DNA of 64,000 bases from the human T2T-CHM13v2.0 reference genome, Homo sapiens. Made by a program: the position numbers and the translations under genes. The notes under the pieces were generated by a model. The model was not told the DNA's origin and did not search any database. It saw only the letters and a program-made list of their open reading frames with translations. Positions 1-12,494 of this stretch are shown here, piece by piece; position 1 is the first letter of the stretch, and each line of letters begins with the position of its first letter. The stretch lies in assembly GCF_009914755.1 (NCBI RefSeq), contig NC_060931.1; one strand, written 5' to 3'.

Positions 1-263
1 TCTGTAAATTTGAGATCCAGAGGGTAGTCTGTCAAAGGGGCAGGCTGGAACTCTCCTGGAGAAGCTAATGCTTCAGTCTTGAGACAGAATTTCCTCTTGC
101 TCAGGAATACCTCAGTTCTGCTCTTAAATTATTTCAACTGATTGAGCCAGTTTCTCCCAGATTATTGGGAATATTCTCCCTTACTTAAAGTTAAATGATT
201 GTTGATCCTAATAAAATTTACCAAATATTTTCATAGCAACACCTAGATTAGTGTTTGATTAAT
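1..263 (-). mobile_element. MLT2-family (ERVL) LTR fragment
   Basis: Matches the reverse complement of remembered MLT2 LTR blocks (ctcagttctgctctt...ttcaactgatt...cttacttaaagt...agcaacacctagattagtgtttgatt). Same family as the copy at 52185-52507. Confidence 0.75.
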
Positions 264-422
264 AGGCTAAACATTTCAAAACAATATTTAAAAATCAGAT
301 GATTTGACATTTTAAAGTCAGGATTTTCAGTTTTTCTTGGAAAAACAGATTTGGCAACTGTGATGGTCAATTTTATGTTTCAGTTTCAAACAAAAGAAAA
401 CAAATTATTTTCCATTCAAATA

Positions 423-493
423 TGATGACTAACTGTCTTGGTTTGCCCAGGACTGAAATTGTCCTGGGTGAAACGAAATGGTTGATCTCCCTA
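423..493. mobile_element. Possible MER81-like hAT DNA transposon relic
   Basis: The string tgactaactgtcttggtttgcccaggactga...ggttgatctcccta resembles MER81 terminal sequences. Short and degraded. Confidence 0.4.
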
Positions 494-1714
494 CATTCAA
501 ACAAAACATATCTCTTTTTAGACTGTGCCCATGAAGTTAAGGCCATCCTGAATTCCCATGAGATAAAGAGGTGCCTGTGGAACTAAATAAGCTTGAACAG
601 AGATTATCGGTCTTATGCATATGTTGCATAAGACTTACTTTAGCATATGTTGGGGACAAAACATTTTTTCATCAATAACATTCCTGCTAGAATAATGGTA
701 TTGGTTAAGGTGGGCAGGGGATGAGGGTTTTGGGAGTGAAAGATTCCTTAGTGAAATGTTTATCAGAAAATTTATGGAGGCACAGCTGGGGGAAAGCTCT
801 AACTTAATTCTAACATCTACTTCTCTTTCAGCAGGACAGGCCACCAAGTATGCTATAGGTATACATGGGTCTCCTGTCTTAGAAAATTATTAAATTCATC
901 ATTAAAGAAAGTTAAATCTAGCATGAGAACTAAAGGATTGGGGCAAATTTCTACATGTAAAAACTCAGAGGGCAAATGAAGACAACAGGAAATATAATCT
1001 AGTTGGATAATGTATATCTTCAACAATTTTGCTCATATTAAATATGACAGGGATTTTCTTGGTTGGGTATCACAACATCTTAGGATGTAGGCTGATAACA
1101 GTATTAAGCTCAGTTTAATAAAATCAATTCTATTAGAGGATACCAAAAAGATATGTTTTTACAAGATTCTTTCATGATTTGAGTGCTTTCTACTTATGGT
1201 CAAGTTTTATTTATTAAAGAATGAGGCATTTAAGCTGAACACATTCTTCAACAAAAGGCTACCTTATTTCTGGAAGCAGATATACTACCAGCTGTGTGGC
1301 CACAGCTGACTCATTCAACATTCCTTAGGTTCAGCTTCTTTGACTTTAAAATAATTTTCATAACCTGAAACTGACAGCTACGTTTTAATGACTAGATATC
1401 ATAACATATATGGTGAAATGGACTATTTCTATTTCTTCTCTTTAGAGTAGAAATGTGAACCTCATTCAGCAAAAGTTTTGTTTGTACTTGTCTTATGTAT
1501 ATGTCTATAGAAGCAGCATTCTAAGAAATATTTAGAGTAATTGGTTCAATTGTTGATTGGCATCATTGTATTATGCAGTTTGTCTATGAAATATGCATAG
1601 TCTTAACTCATTTATTTTATAGAGTGGTTCCCTGTGTTCTGGTAAAAGCTTTATTTTCAAGACTTCTTTATAAAATAAAAATGTAAAGAAAAACCTAGCT
1701 GTAAGACAATGTAG

Positions 1715-1948
1715 CTTTTGAGGCCCTGTAATTGGAATGAGTCCACTTTAAATCCTTTAAAGAGGATCCACTGTAGGGCAAGTCTGGTGCCAACAGCTGC
1801 GGTAATTCCAGCTCCAATAGTGTATATTAAAGTTGCTGCAGTTAAAAAGCCCGTAGTTGGATCTCGGGAGCAGGCGTGAGGTCCGCTGCGAGGCGAGCCA
1901 CCGCCCGTCCCCACCCGTTAACTCTCGGCGCCCCCTCGATGCTCTAGC
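1715..1948 (+). pseudogene. 18S rRNA-derived fragment (approx. nt 540-775 of human 18S: helix 18 region into V4/ES6)
   Basis: gaggccctgtaattggaatgagtccactttaaatcc...gcaagtctggtgccaacagctgcggtaattccagctccaatag...gttgctgcagttaaaaagc...gcgagccaccgcccgtcccc...ctctcggcgccccctcgatgctct aligns to human 18S with roughly 17 substitutions by my count, several at CpG. Flanks are unique AT-rich DNA. Confidence 0.95.
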
Positions 1949-2869
1949 CCTGGATGTACTACTGAAAAACTATTTAACAAATCTCAAATTAACAGATTTT
2001 ATGTTTAGGACTATTTGACTTTTCAATGGTTTTTGCAAAATAAAACAACAAGATTATAAAATAAAACCTGTATCAAAGACATAAATACAAAACTGACAGA
2101 GGAAAGGCAGTCTATCAAGCTCTCATGTTCTGGAAATGACCGCTTGAGAACATGAAAGTGGATTTTGTTCTCTTGCTTCTTTAACCTGATTTATAGTTGA
2201 ACACTTACATTTTAAAAATCCATAATGTAGTTTTGAATTAATGATTATATTGATCGTAATTCTTTCTTCGAAAGAGATTTTTATAGACAGATTTATTCAC
2301 TATAGCTACTTCTAACCACCAAGAAATTTAATATCTTCTCATATAATGTTTTTGTATAATATAATGACCTCACTCTACACTCCATGCCAAACCATTATTC
2401 AGTATCACAGTAGACTTTCAACGGGTAACAATACTGTACCATGAAGCCATCTATAAAACATGTTTTTTTTTTTTGAGATTTCCTTTCATTTGGTGTTAGA
2501 ATCAAGGCATATGGGATACATTTAGATCCAGTTTGCTCTAACAACGAAACTTGTCCGACTTTAACAATCGTTGAAGCCATACATCATTCTTATAATTAAG
2601 ATTTGTTTATTGTTCCCAGTTGTAATGAATGATTGATACAAATACTTGTCTCTATCTGGTAATAACTAAGTTTTATATCATCACATGCTAGAGTCTCAAT
2701 TTTAGAATTATATTTTACTACGTAAAATACTTTTCTCTTCAGCAAATTACAATCTTTAGATGGAGATATAATTAATGATATTGGAATTCAAATCACATGG
2801 AATACTGTGTATTATCAAGTAAATTCATCAAAATACAGTTTAATTAGCTCATTAATTAGTTCCCCAAAA

Positions 2870-3340
2870 TTACTTAACAGTTGTGAGGTTCTAATATGTG
2901 CTTAACAATGCAGATGGGAAGAGATATAAAACATATTTTCTGATCTCAATGCTTTTTCAATTAGGTTAAGGTAAGCAGGGAACATTTTTTAAATAATTAA
3001 TAAAATGATATTGCATATTCCAAGATCTGTATAAAGTTCCTGAGGACATAGAAGAAGAGAAAGCTCTGCATACTGTGGTAGAGAGAAGGCACTTCATGAA
3101 GAAGCAAGAAACGGAGTTTGTTTGAAGAATGGGTCCAGTTAAGACAGCAGAGGAATACTTAAAATGGGGAAATGGTAAGAGCAAAAGGTAAAGATGTGAA
3201 AGCAATATGGCATTCAAGTGACAGCAAAACTGGTTTCCTTCTGAAGTTTGATTCAATTAGAAACAGAGAGGCTTTGGAACCTGAAATGACAAAGCAAGAT
3301 TAAACTTAATTTTATAGACAATAGAGAGCCAGCAATTGAT
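2870..3340 (-). mobile_element. Degraded L2 LINE 3' fragment
   Basis: Purine-rich tract with L2-like phrasing. Highly diverged; boundaries approximate. Confidence 0.45.
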
Positions 3341-3844
3341 CAGGGAAATACAACAAAGTATTATTTGATTGATTGTATTTTTTTCATGAATTTAGACTAT
3401 ATGAATAATTAAGTAGGATGAATTTAAAAGTGGGGATAACAATTAAGTGTAGGCATTGGTTTAATAGTACCCTTAATAGAGCTACAGGGCAGATTTGAAT
3501 TATAGTTTGAAAAGCTAAACAATTCTATTATCATGATTAATAATATTTATAAATTGATAAATGAAGTGAATAAAGCCTGTGTACCAGAGCAGTACTACAA
3601 TTTTTAATATTCAAAACTGTTTTTCAACTATTTAACACCAAAATAGTATATGCAAATACTTATGAATATATAAGATTAACTTAAAGTAGTTATAAATAAT
3701 TTTATAAATATATTGTTCTTAAGTAAAAAGTAATGTCTTTCAAGTAAATAGGAGAAAACAGATACTAAAATTATGTCAAAATGTATCTTTTATTTTATCT
3801 TTTCAAGTCACCAACTAATTCAAAATAAAAGTGTTCAAAAGTAA

Positions 3845-3954
3845 CTGTGCACAGTGGCACGTGCTACAAGTCCCAGATACTTTAGAGGAAGATTGCTGAG
3901 GCCAGGAGTTTGAGGCCAGCTTGGGCAACATAGCAAAACCTCATCTCAAAAAAA
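3845..3954 (+). mobile_element. Free Alu monomer (FLAM-like)
   Basis: cacagtggcacgtg...gaggccaggagtttgaggccagcttgggcaacatagcaaaacctcatctc followed by an A-tail. Confidence 0.8.
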
Positions 3955-4246
3955 TATATATGCTTGAAGGAAAATTATACAGATGATGTAATATCTAATT
4001 TATTAGAAGGTGGCAAATCACCAGCCTAAGTAACAATGGATTTCTTAAAAAGTAGTAGATATTTGTCTTTAACATAGATTGTTATCTTTATCTTTATTAT
4101 TTTCTTATTTTAAGGTGTGCTTCCCTTAAAAAATCATAACAATATTTTAAATATGTTCAGATTTCATATTATAAACTTCATTTTATAATAATGTCATGTA
4201 ACTTTTAGATTGACATAAGCACGATTGTTTATTGTATTAGATGTTC

Positions 4247-4611
4247 TGTTTTAATCTGTTTTCATGCTGCTGATAAAGACATACCTGAGACTGGGATATT
4301 AACAAAAGAAAGAGGTTTATAGGACTTACATTTCCACATGGCTGGGGAGGCCTCACAATCATGGCAGAAGGCAGGGAGGAGCAAGTCACATCTTAAGTGG
4401 CAGCAGGCAAAAAAAGCTTGTGCAGGGAAACTCCCCCTGTTTAAAAACCATCAGATCTCAGGAGACTCATTCATTATCACACGAACAGCACAGGAAAGAC
4501 CCACCCCCATAATTCAATCACCTCCCACTAAGTTCCTCCCATGACATGTGGGAATTGTGGGAGTTACAATTCAAGATGAGATTTGGGTGGGGACACAGCC
4601 AAACCCTGCCA
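4247..4611 (-). mobile_element. THE1B-like solo LTR (ERVL-MaLR)
   Basis: gctgctgataaagacatacctgagactggg...gagcaagtcacatctt...cttgtgcagggaaactcccc...gagatttgggtggggacacagccaaacc; about 365 bp. Confidence 0.9.
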
Positions 4612-4698
4612 CTTATATAATGAAGATACACTTTATTTTGCTTATTAAAGCCCCTTATTTTTACTCAAGATAAGTTTGACTAAAATAAAGGTAAATGG

Positions 4699-4844
4699 CA
4701 CGCCTGGCTAGTTTTTTTGTATTTTTAGTAGAGACGGGGTTTCACCGTGTTAGCCAGGGTGGTCTCGATCTCCTGAACTCATGATCTGCCCGCCTCGGCC
4801 TCCCAAAGTGCTGGGATTACAGGCGTGAGCCATCGTGTCCGGCC
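4699..4844 (-). mobile_element. AluY left monomer (inverted half of a rearranged Alu)
   Basis: Reverse complement of the Alu 5' end through the middle A-rich linker. AluY diagnostics gagatcgagacc and ctaacacggtg. Confidence 0.92.
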
Positions 4845-4869
4845 CTTGTTTTGTTCTTAAGCACTCAAG

Positions 4870-5040
4870 ACAAAAAAATTAGCCAGGCATGGTGGCGGGC
4901 ACCTGTAGTCCCAGCTACTCAGGAGGCTGAGGCAGGAGAATGGCGTGAACCCGGGAGGCGGAGCTTGCAGTGAGCCGAGATCTCGCAGCTGCACTCCAAC
5001 CTGGGCGACAGAGCGAGACTCCATCTCAAAAAAAGAAAAA
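4870..5040 (+). mobile_element. AluY right monomer with A-tail
   Basis: acaaaaaaattagccaggcatggtggcgggcacctgtagtccc...gagaatggcgtgaacccgggaggcggagcttgcag...ctcaaaaaaag. Confidence 0.93.
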
Positions 5041-5552
5041 TTGAAACAAAACAGGGGTGAGGAACAGTGAAAAATCTCTAGGTTCTGGAAGAGTCAAGGC
5101 AATTGTTAGCAAAATCTATGTTATGACCATGGGAGTAGATACGGGAGGAAGGTCATTGGCAGAGAGGAGTCAGGAAGTGTTGATAGAACAGGCTTGAAAG
5201 AATCACTTCCATATATAGAGAAATCATCAAGGACATGTATAGGGCTGATTAAGACAGGAAATAATTGTTGATATAAAGATCAACAATTAGTGGGGGCTTT
5301 CCAGGAGAATTGCAGGCTCTGAGGGTCCCTGCTTCAGTTACATTCCAATGACAAAGGTCAGGTTGTGGAGGGAGAGCAGCACTGAGAATATGAGCATCTA
5401 CATAGAACCATTAAAATTAGAATGAATTATTAATAAATGCATATGTGTCAGTGTATAGATTGATCCATATTCTAATTTTTGCTTTTTAATTTTATTTCCC
5501 ACAAAATTATGTAGAAACCCTTCATTAAATTAGATTTATAATTCTTATGTAT

Positions 5553-5866
5553 TTCTTTCTTTTTGGGGGGGATGGGGGGGATAGGGTCTCCCTCCATTGC
5601 CCAGGCTGGAGTGCGGTGGTAATCATTGCTCATTGTAACCTTGAACTCCTGGGCTCAAGTGATTTTCCTGCGGCTCAGCCTCTCAAGTAGCTGGGAACTT
5701 GGACTGCAGGAGCATGCCACCACACCCGGCTAATTGTTGTATTTTTTCCTTTTGGAGATAGGGTCTCACCATGTTGCCCAGGCTGGTCTTAAATCCCTGG
5801 GCTCATTCCTCCCACCTTGGCCTCCCAAAGTGCTGGAATTACAGGCATGAACCACCACACCCAGCC
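5553..5866 (-). mobile_element. AluJ
   Basis: Dimeric Alu with J-type features (gggctcaag, agggtctc). Degenerate TSD taattctta on both sides. Confidence 0.9.
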
Positions 5867-6751
5867 TAATTCTTACATACCTCTAATCAAATAGAAAAAA
5901 AGGTTGTAGACAGCACTTTTCAGTCAAATAAAGGGTCAGCTTCCATTTTTTTATGGATTATTTAACTCACATTAGACTACAGGCAGTTAATATAAAAATG
6001 AGACTCACAAAAGCCAAACAGCTTACTGTTACTATTAAGCTATATGGGAATACTAGCCTTACTTTGGTCACAGAGAATAAAAACTCATTTAATGAACCTC
6101 CATAAAGGTGATTTCATTTTAAGGATACAAAGAATGTAAGGCATTAGAATTATTGAAAGTGTAGCTAACCCTAATGGAAACTGGAATACCATGAAACAGT
6201 TTTTTCTCACTGATTGTCTCTCCCAGGCTTCATGTTCTCTTTGATCTCAAAATGTTCCTGAATGCCCATTCTCTGTTTATTGTCTTCATTTTGGCAGACC
6301 AGCTCATTATTGCTGCTCAAAAGTGGCAGCCTCGGCCCCTGAACCTTCTCAAAGTAAACTCATCACTACCAACACACTATTTTGTCTCATATCCAAATAC
6401 TTAGGTTGGAAAATCTGTTTTGGTGGCTTGTTTACCATAAACTAATCATCTGGATCTAGACGGAATAGGGGGTGCTGATGGAAAGAGGAGTTTATGAAAA
6501 AATACATTATGCAGGCTTACTGATTCCAGACTGTTTGAGGGATAAGTTCTCCAAGATGGGGCATAGGTTAGGAGGAATGATTGGTCTCACAGTAAAGAAG
6601 GAATTATAAGACAGTATCAATAAATCAACTGAGTTGATTACTACTTTGGAGAAAAAAATTCATAATGAATGTCCAATTTACTGATGACATGCTATTTGTT
6701 AATCATGTATTAAAACTACTTTCATAAACATAAATTTTATGTATTTATGAA

Positions 6752-7123
6752 TGATATAGTTAGACATTGTGTCACCACCCAAATCGCATCTTGAACTGTA
6801 ATCCCCGGGTGTTGAAGGAGAGACCTGGTGGGAGGTGACTGGATAATGGGAATGGTTTCCCCCACACTGTTACTGTGATCGTGAGTGAGTTCTTGCTAGA
6901 TCTGACGATTTTATAAGGGGCTCTTTCCCTTTGCTTCCTACACATGCTTTCTCACCTGCTGTCATGTAAGACATGCCTGCTTCCCCTTCCACCACAATTG
7001 TAAGTTTCCTGAGGCCTCCCTAGCCATGAGGAACTGTGAGTCAAGTAAACATTTTTTCTTTATTAATTACCCAGTCTCGGGTAATATCTTTATAATAAAG
7101 TGGTGTGAGAATGGACTAACACA
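6752..7123 (+). mobile_element. THE1D/MSTA-like solo LTR (ERVL-MaLR)
   Basis: TG...CA termini (tgatatagtt...ggactaacaca), the motif tgtaagtttcctgaggcctccc, and a perfect 5-bp TSD ATGAA (6747-6751 / 7124-7128). Confidence 0.92.
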
Positions 7124-9578
7124 ATGAACGGTATTGACCTTGAGTGGAGAAATGTGACTCCTGTTCTAATTTAAATTTACTACACTAAATTATCTGAACA
7201 TCTCAACTAAAGTTTCTAGGGCACATTTTTAAGGGTGATGATAAAATGGGATCCTTCATAATATGAAAGATAATCTATGATGAATCTTTATGATAGTATT
7301 TTTAAGTTTTTATAGCACTTTATAATACTAAACAGTTTGCAGAAATTAAATTGTTTCCTAGTTATTATCATACCCCTAGACTCAGAGTTCTACTAAATCC
7401 AGAGATACTGTTATCTATTGGATTCATTGACCTTCTTGTATTTGTGAAACATAAATTCCATGCAAGTCTAGTAGAATATATTTTTCTCTAGGAGGCTAAA
7501 GATAAGCATGTGTTCAAAAGAATTAAAATAATTTTGAGAACATTTAATATGATAGGAAATAACCCTAAATTTCAAGATTAAAGCTTTTTTGTTCAGTTTG
7601 CTTTTTCTTTTCCCCAAATTCCAACCAGGTGGCTCCGGCACATCGAAGCTCTGAGTGTTGTTTAATCCTCACTAAGGGCACTGAAACACGATAAACCACG
7701 TTAGTAAAATGTGTAATTACCATTTATTGATGCAAGACTGTTTGTCTATGGCATACCCAAGAAGAGAAGTGATAATACAATTACCACTCTCTATTGACAA
7801 GGAAAGAGTTTTTCTTTCTGTTTTTAATGTGATATTTTATTTCCTTTGACTTTTTCCTTATCTTTTTAAATTGTGTTCTGTATGTTTTAAAGAAGAGCTC
7901 TATTTCTTTTCTAAGCTTTTTTTTTCATGTCAGTTAAAAATTCACTAAATTAATGCTAGGTTATTTGTTGAATTAACTATTTTTAAGCTGATGTCAGAAG
8001 ATACTGATACCAGAGGATACTAATGCAGTATAATTTGCCCTTTGTACCATACCTACTCCCACCCCAAACATGCACCCCAAATATGTACATCTGGTTGTGT
8101 CTAATTTCCCAGTCTTTGTTATTTGTTTATATCTTTTAACTTGTAAACCCATGAGGAAGAGATAATTCATTCGTATCTATAAAGAACAACATTTGTAGTC
8201 AGTACTCAAATGTGCTTTTAAATATTTTAGATTATTTTGGAAACCAGTCATGGGGAATTTAGGATATGATGTAAGACACCCCACAGGTTGGTTAAGTACC
8301 AAGCCTTAGGACACTAAGAGTTGGTCTGTAAGCCCATCAGTGTTGTTCAAAGGCATAAACATCAAGAGCCAGAAAAGAATGATTTAATTGAATACGAGGG
8401 AAAGAACAACATATTTAATTAATCCAATTTTTCTTCTGCTTGTTATTGGTCACAGTAGACACAGGCCAAATGCATATTTGCAGTGATTCCAGTATAAAAC
8501 TCCTTTTACTCAAGTTTTTCTTCCTCCACTCCTTGGAAACATTAAATTATAAGTAAAAATGAAATGTTGGAGTAAATATTATGAAGTGTGCAAGTACAGT
8601 AAACCCTGAGTTTTTTGATCTTCAAGAAAAGAAATCAGGTAATATAACCACAGGTAAAAGCTGGACTTTATAAGTGACAACAAACCAATTGTAAGGTTTT
8701 ACACATATATGACTTAGGAGAGTCTAAGGAGTAAATTAAAGCAGAATATGAGATAAAAAGAAAAATCATAAACTCTGGACTTTGATTATAGGTATATAAA
8801 AGAAGAGTCGACTAAAAAAAAAACAAATCTGTTTTAAACCCATTACTTAAGAGACTCAAACAGATTGCCCTTCTTAGGCCTGAAACCTGCATTTTGGGAA
8901 GCTGTCACTGTACAGCATTTGTGCTTTGGCTAAGTAATTGAACAATCATAGTAGTGAACTGGGGGAAAAAAGTATTAACATGTTCTAGTCATATTAAAAT
9001 ATTCTATTTATAATTACTAGTATAAATTAAATAACTATTATAATAACCATGCTTATACAACAAAACAAATTATAAATATGGACATATTTGCACTTTTAGC
9101 ATTCTAAGGCTCACATGAATTATTAGTTCTATCGTGTGTTTTTACAGACGAGGAGCTGAAAGAAATACTCTTATGAGATGTCATACTTTATCTACTCATC
9201 ATTTTACAGCATTGATTTTCAATTTGTCCTGGCTTTCCAGTCCAGGGTGTATAGCATATCTTTTACACTGCCTTGAATTTATTTCATCCTGCTTTCTTCT
9301 TTGTGGAATTTAATCAAAATTTCTGTAAGGCTTCTGCAGTTTCTATTTTCTGGTTCTGACTTGAGAGTTGGATATTAGAGTTTTACATGAACCATAAAGG
9401 TATAAATTGTTGTGTGAAGCCTTTAATCACATTAACTATCTTATTCATCAAAGTCCTGACAAACTCACCATATTGCTTAAAATTTAGCATGCTACCTCTT
9501 TTTGGTTTTAGGAAATTGCAAATTAACTAGTTAGCGGTAACTCTTTTGCCTAGTAAAGAATAACAATCTAGGATCAGA

Positions 9579-9914
9579 GGCCGGGTGCAGTGGCTCACGC
9601 CTCCAATCCCAACACTTTGGGAGGTCAAAGTGGGCAGATCACTTGAGCTCAGGAGTTTGAGACAAGCCTGGGTAACATGGCAAAACCCCATCTCTAAAAA
9701 AATACAAAAATTACATTAGCTGGCATAGCGGTGACTGCCTGTAGTCCCAGCTTCTTGTGAGGCTGAGGTGGAAGGATGACTTGAGTCCGGGAGGTGGAGG
9801 TTACAGTGAGCCAAGACGCCTACCGCACTTCAGCCTAGGTGAGAGAGCCAGACCTTGTTAAAATAAAATAAAATAAAATAAAATAAAATAAAATAAAATA
9901 AAATAAAATAAATA
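9579..9914 (+). mobile_element. AluJ (Jb-like) with (TAAAA)n tail
   Basis: Full dimer starting ggccgggtgcagtggctcacgcc. Tail has become a TAAAA microsatellite (9859-9914). Confidence 0.9.
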
Positions 9915-10960
9915 CAAAAGAAGGAATATAAAAGAAAGAAAAAGAAAAGAAAATTCTGTTTCTGTTATGGCTTCCCAAATATTTCCACAGCTTTGCCCAT
10001 CCACAGGTGGTCTCACCAGTCTATCACAAACTTAATTCTCATTGTCATGCTTATTAACTGTTGAAACTTAATGTCAGAAGGTACTACAGACTCCGTTCCA
10101 TTAATGAGCAATGCCCCTGCCATCCCAGATCTCTAACTGGTTTACAGCGGTGCTCCTACCTGCCAAGACTGCAATTGTTTGCCACCACCGTGTCCTGGAT
10201 TTTGTTTCTTTAAGATCAACACTTGACCTCTGAGCTAGGAAGAGTCCTTCATAACATTACATATGCTCCATCTTAAAACATTCCCATTAGATTGAGGTTG
10301 ATATGTTACCCTCTTAAGCTCTCAACCTTCCTATTCATGTCACCTACCAATTCTCACTGTTATTTTTCTCAGTAAGCTTTTGTTTTATAAACATACTGTC
10401 TTCCTCTAAGCATATCATCAAAAATTAGCCAGGTGCCATCGCTAATGGCAGAGGCCTGTAGTCCCAGCCTCTATGTTTCAAGTTCTTGAGACAAGGTCAC
10501 CATGTTAAAATGTAACATGGATTAGTATAATTGTAAATAAGATTTTATGAACAAGTGCTTTGGGATCTCTCCTCAGAGATGGAATGGACCACCTCCCAGT
10601 TAACAGATCCAATGCGGAGACTGATGTTGGGCCACATGACAAGAGAATTTTAAAAGTTTATTACTCACACAAGGGCCTTCTGGGGAGAGCAGGTTAAGTG
10701 CAAACCAATGTGGAATGGCAAGAACAGGGAGTAGAGAGTATGTTGGGCCTTTATGGTCGCTAGAGGCTGGGGCTGGAGAAGGGATTCATGCAGCGTTAGG
10801 GACACAGGATCAAATTTACCACCAGTGCCAACAGCTCAGGAGCAACGCGGGTTTTCCTTTAATAAAAACAATACCAGATGTATGGTGGTGGGGAAGGAGA
10901 AGGTAGAAGCCTAAATGCTTAGTGCTGTCATCAGTGGGTCAACAATCAAACAAAAATCAA

Positions 10961-11141
10961 ATTAGCCCATTGCAGTGGCTCACACCTGTAGTCCCAGCTA
11001 CTGAGGAGGCTAAGGTGGGAAGATCACCTGAGCCTAGGAGTTCAAGGCTTCAGTGAACCATGATTGTACCACTGCACTCCAGCCTGAATGATAGAGACCC
11101 TTTCTCTAAAAAACAAACAAACAAACAAAACAAAACAAAAC
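10961..11141 (+). mobile_element. Alu right monomer (FRAM/AluJo-like)
   Basis: cctgtagtcccagctact...gagcctaggagttcaaggc...ccatgattgtaccactgcactccagcctg followed by a (CAAA)n tail. Confidence 0.85.
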
Positions 11142-11294
11142 ACAGGAAAACTACCACCAAGTGGAGTCATACTATTTTATCAAGATTGGAAAAAGTCATA
11201 TGTGTATATGTCTTCTCTCTATATATATGTTTATATGTTTATATATACATTACATATATGTCTTAACTAACTTAGTGAATTCAAACATGGATAG

Positions 11295-11682
<388 letters not shown>

Positions 11683-12215
11683 GAGAATATTCATTTAAAT
11701 TTGGCCCTGACATACATTAAATAAGGGGATTATGCTGTATATACTGGTTTACTGAGCAAATTTATAAAATAACTATATAAGAGAATTAAGCATAAATTCT
11801 AAATAGGGTTTAATAATTAGAATTGATTCTGGAGAACTGTTGGTGCGTTCCTTTCTCTAATTCAGGGCAATAGGATAGAAGGCCTACAGAGGTCATGGAC
11901 ACTTTCCCAAGATCTGTGATGTGAAAACACCTGTCTTCTGGAATATGGAATACAATCTAAAATAATTACTCCCAGGAGACTGACTATCCAAGTGAACTGT
12001 GTGCCCTTGGGTAACTGAAGAGGCTCCCTCTAATAGAGGTCTTTAATATTCTTCACTCTGCTATGGAATTTGCTTTATGCAAGTTGCAAGCAGGTGAAAA
12101 TTATAGCTTTCCAAAGATGTTCAACAATTATAGATATATTACTTATATAAATGCAGCTCATTAACAGAAACTAAAACTTTATTTTTAATACCGTGATTCA
12201 AATATTTGAAAAAAG

Positions 12216-12494
12216 TGGAAATCATCATTCTTAGTAAACTATCGCAAGAACAAAAAACCAAACACCGCATATTCTCACTCACAGGTGGGAATTGAACAAT
12301 GAGAACACATGGACACAGGAAGGGGAACATCACACTCTGGGGACTGTTGTGGGGTGGGGGGAGGGGGGAGGGATAGCATTGGGAGATATACCTAATGCTA
12401 GATGACGAGTTAGTGGGTGCAGCACACCAGCATGGCACATGTATACATATGTAACTAACCTGCACATTGTGCACATGTACTCTAAAACTTAACG

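Noticed and set aside
634-690. Minus-strand 45-nt exon candidate with a gtaagt donor
   Set aside because: Weak acceptor, unrecognised peptide, and no partner exons identified.
1657-1914. 85-aa minus-strand ORF
   Set aside because: It is the antisense reading of the 18S fragment, a well-known source of spurious ORFs.
2951-2976. 6-nt micro-exon-like motif tgctttttcaattAG-GTTAAG-gtaagc
   Set aside because: It lies within an apparent L2 relic, and the motif alone is too short to support a call.
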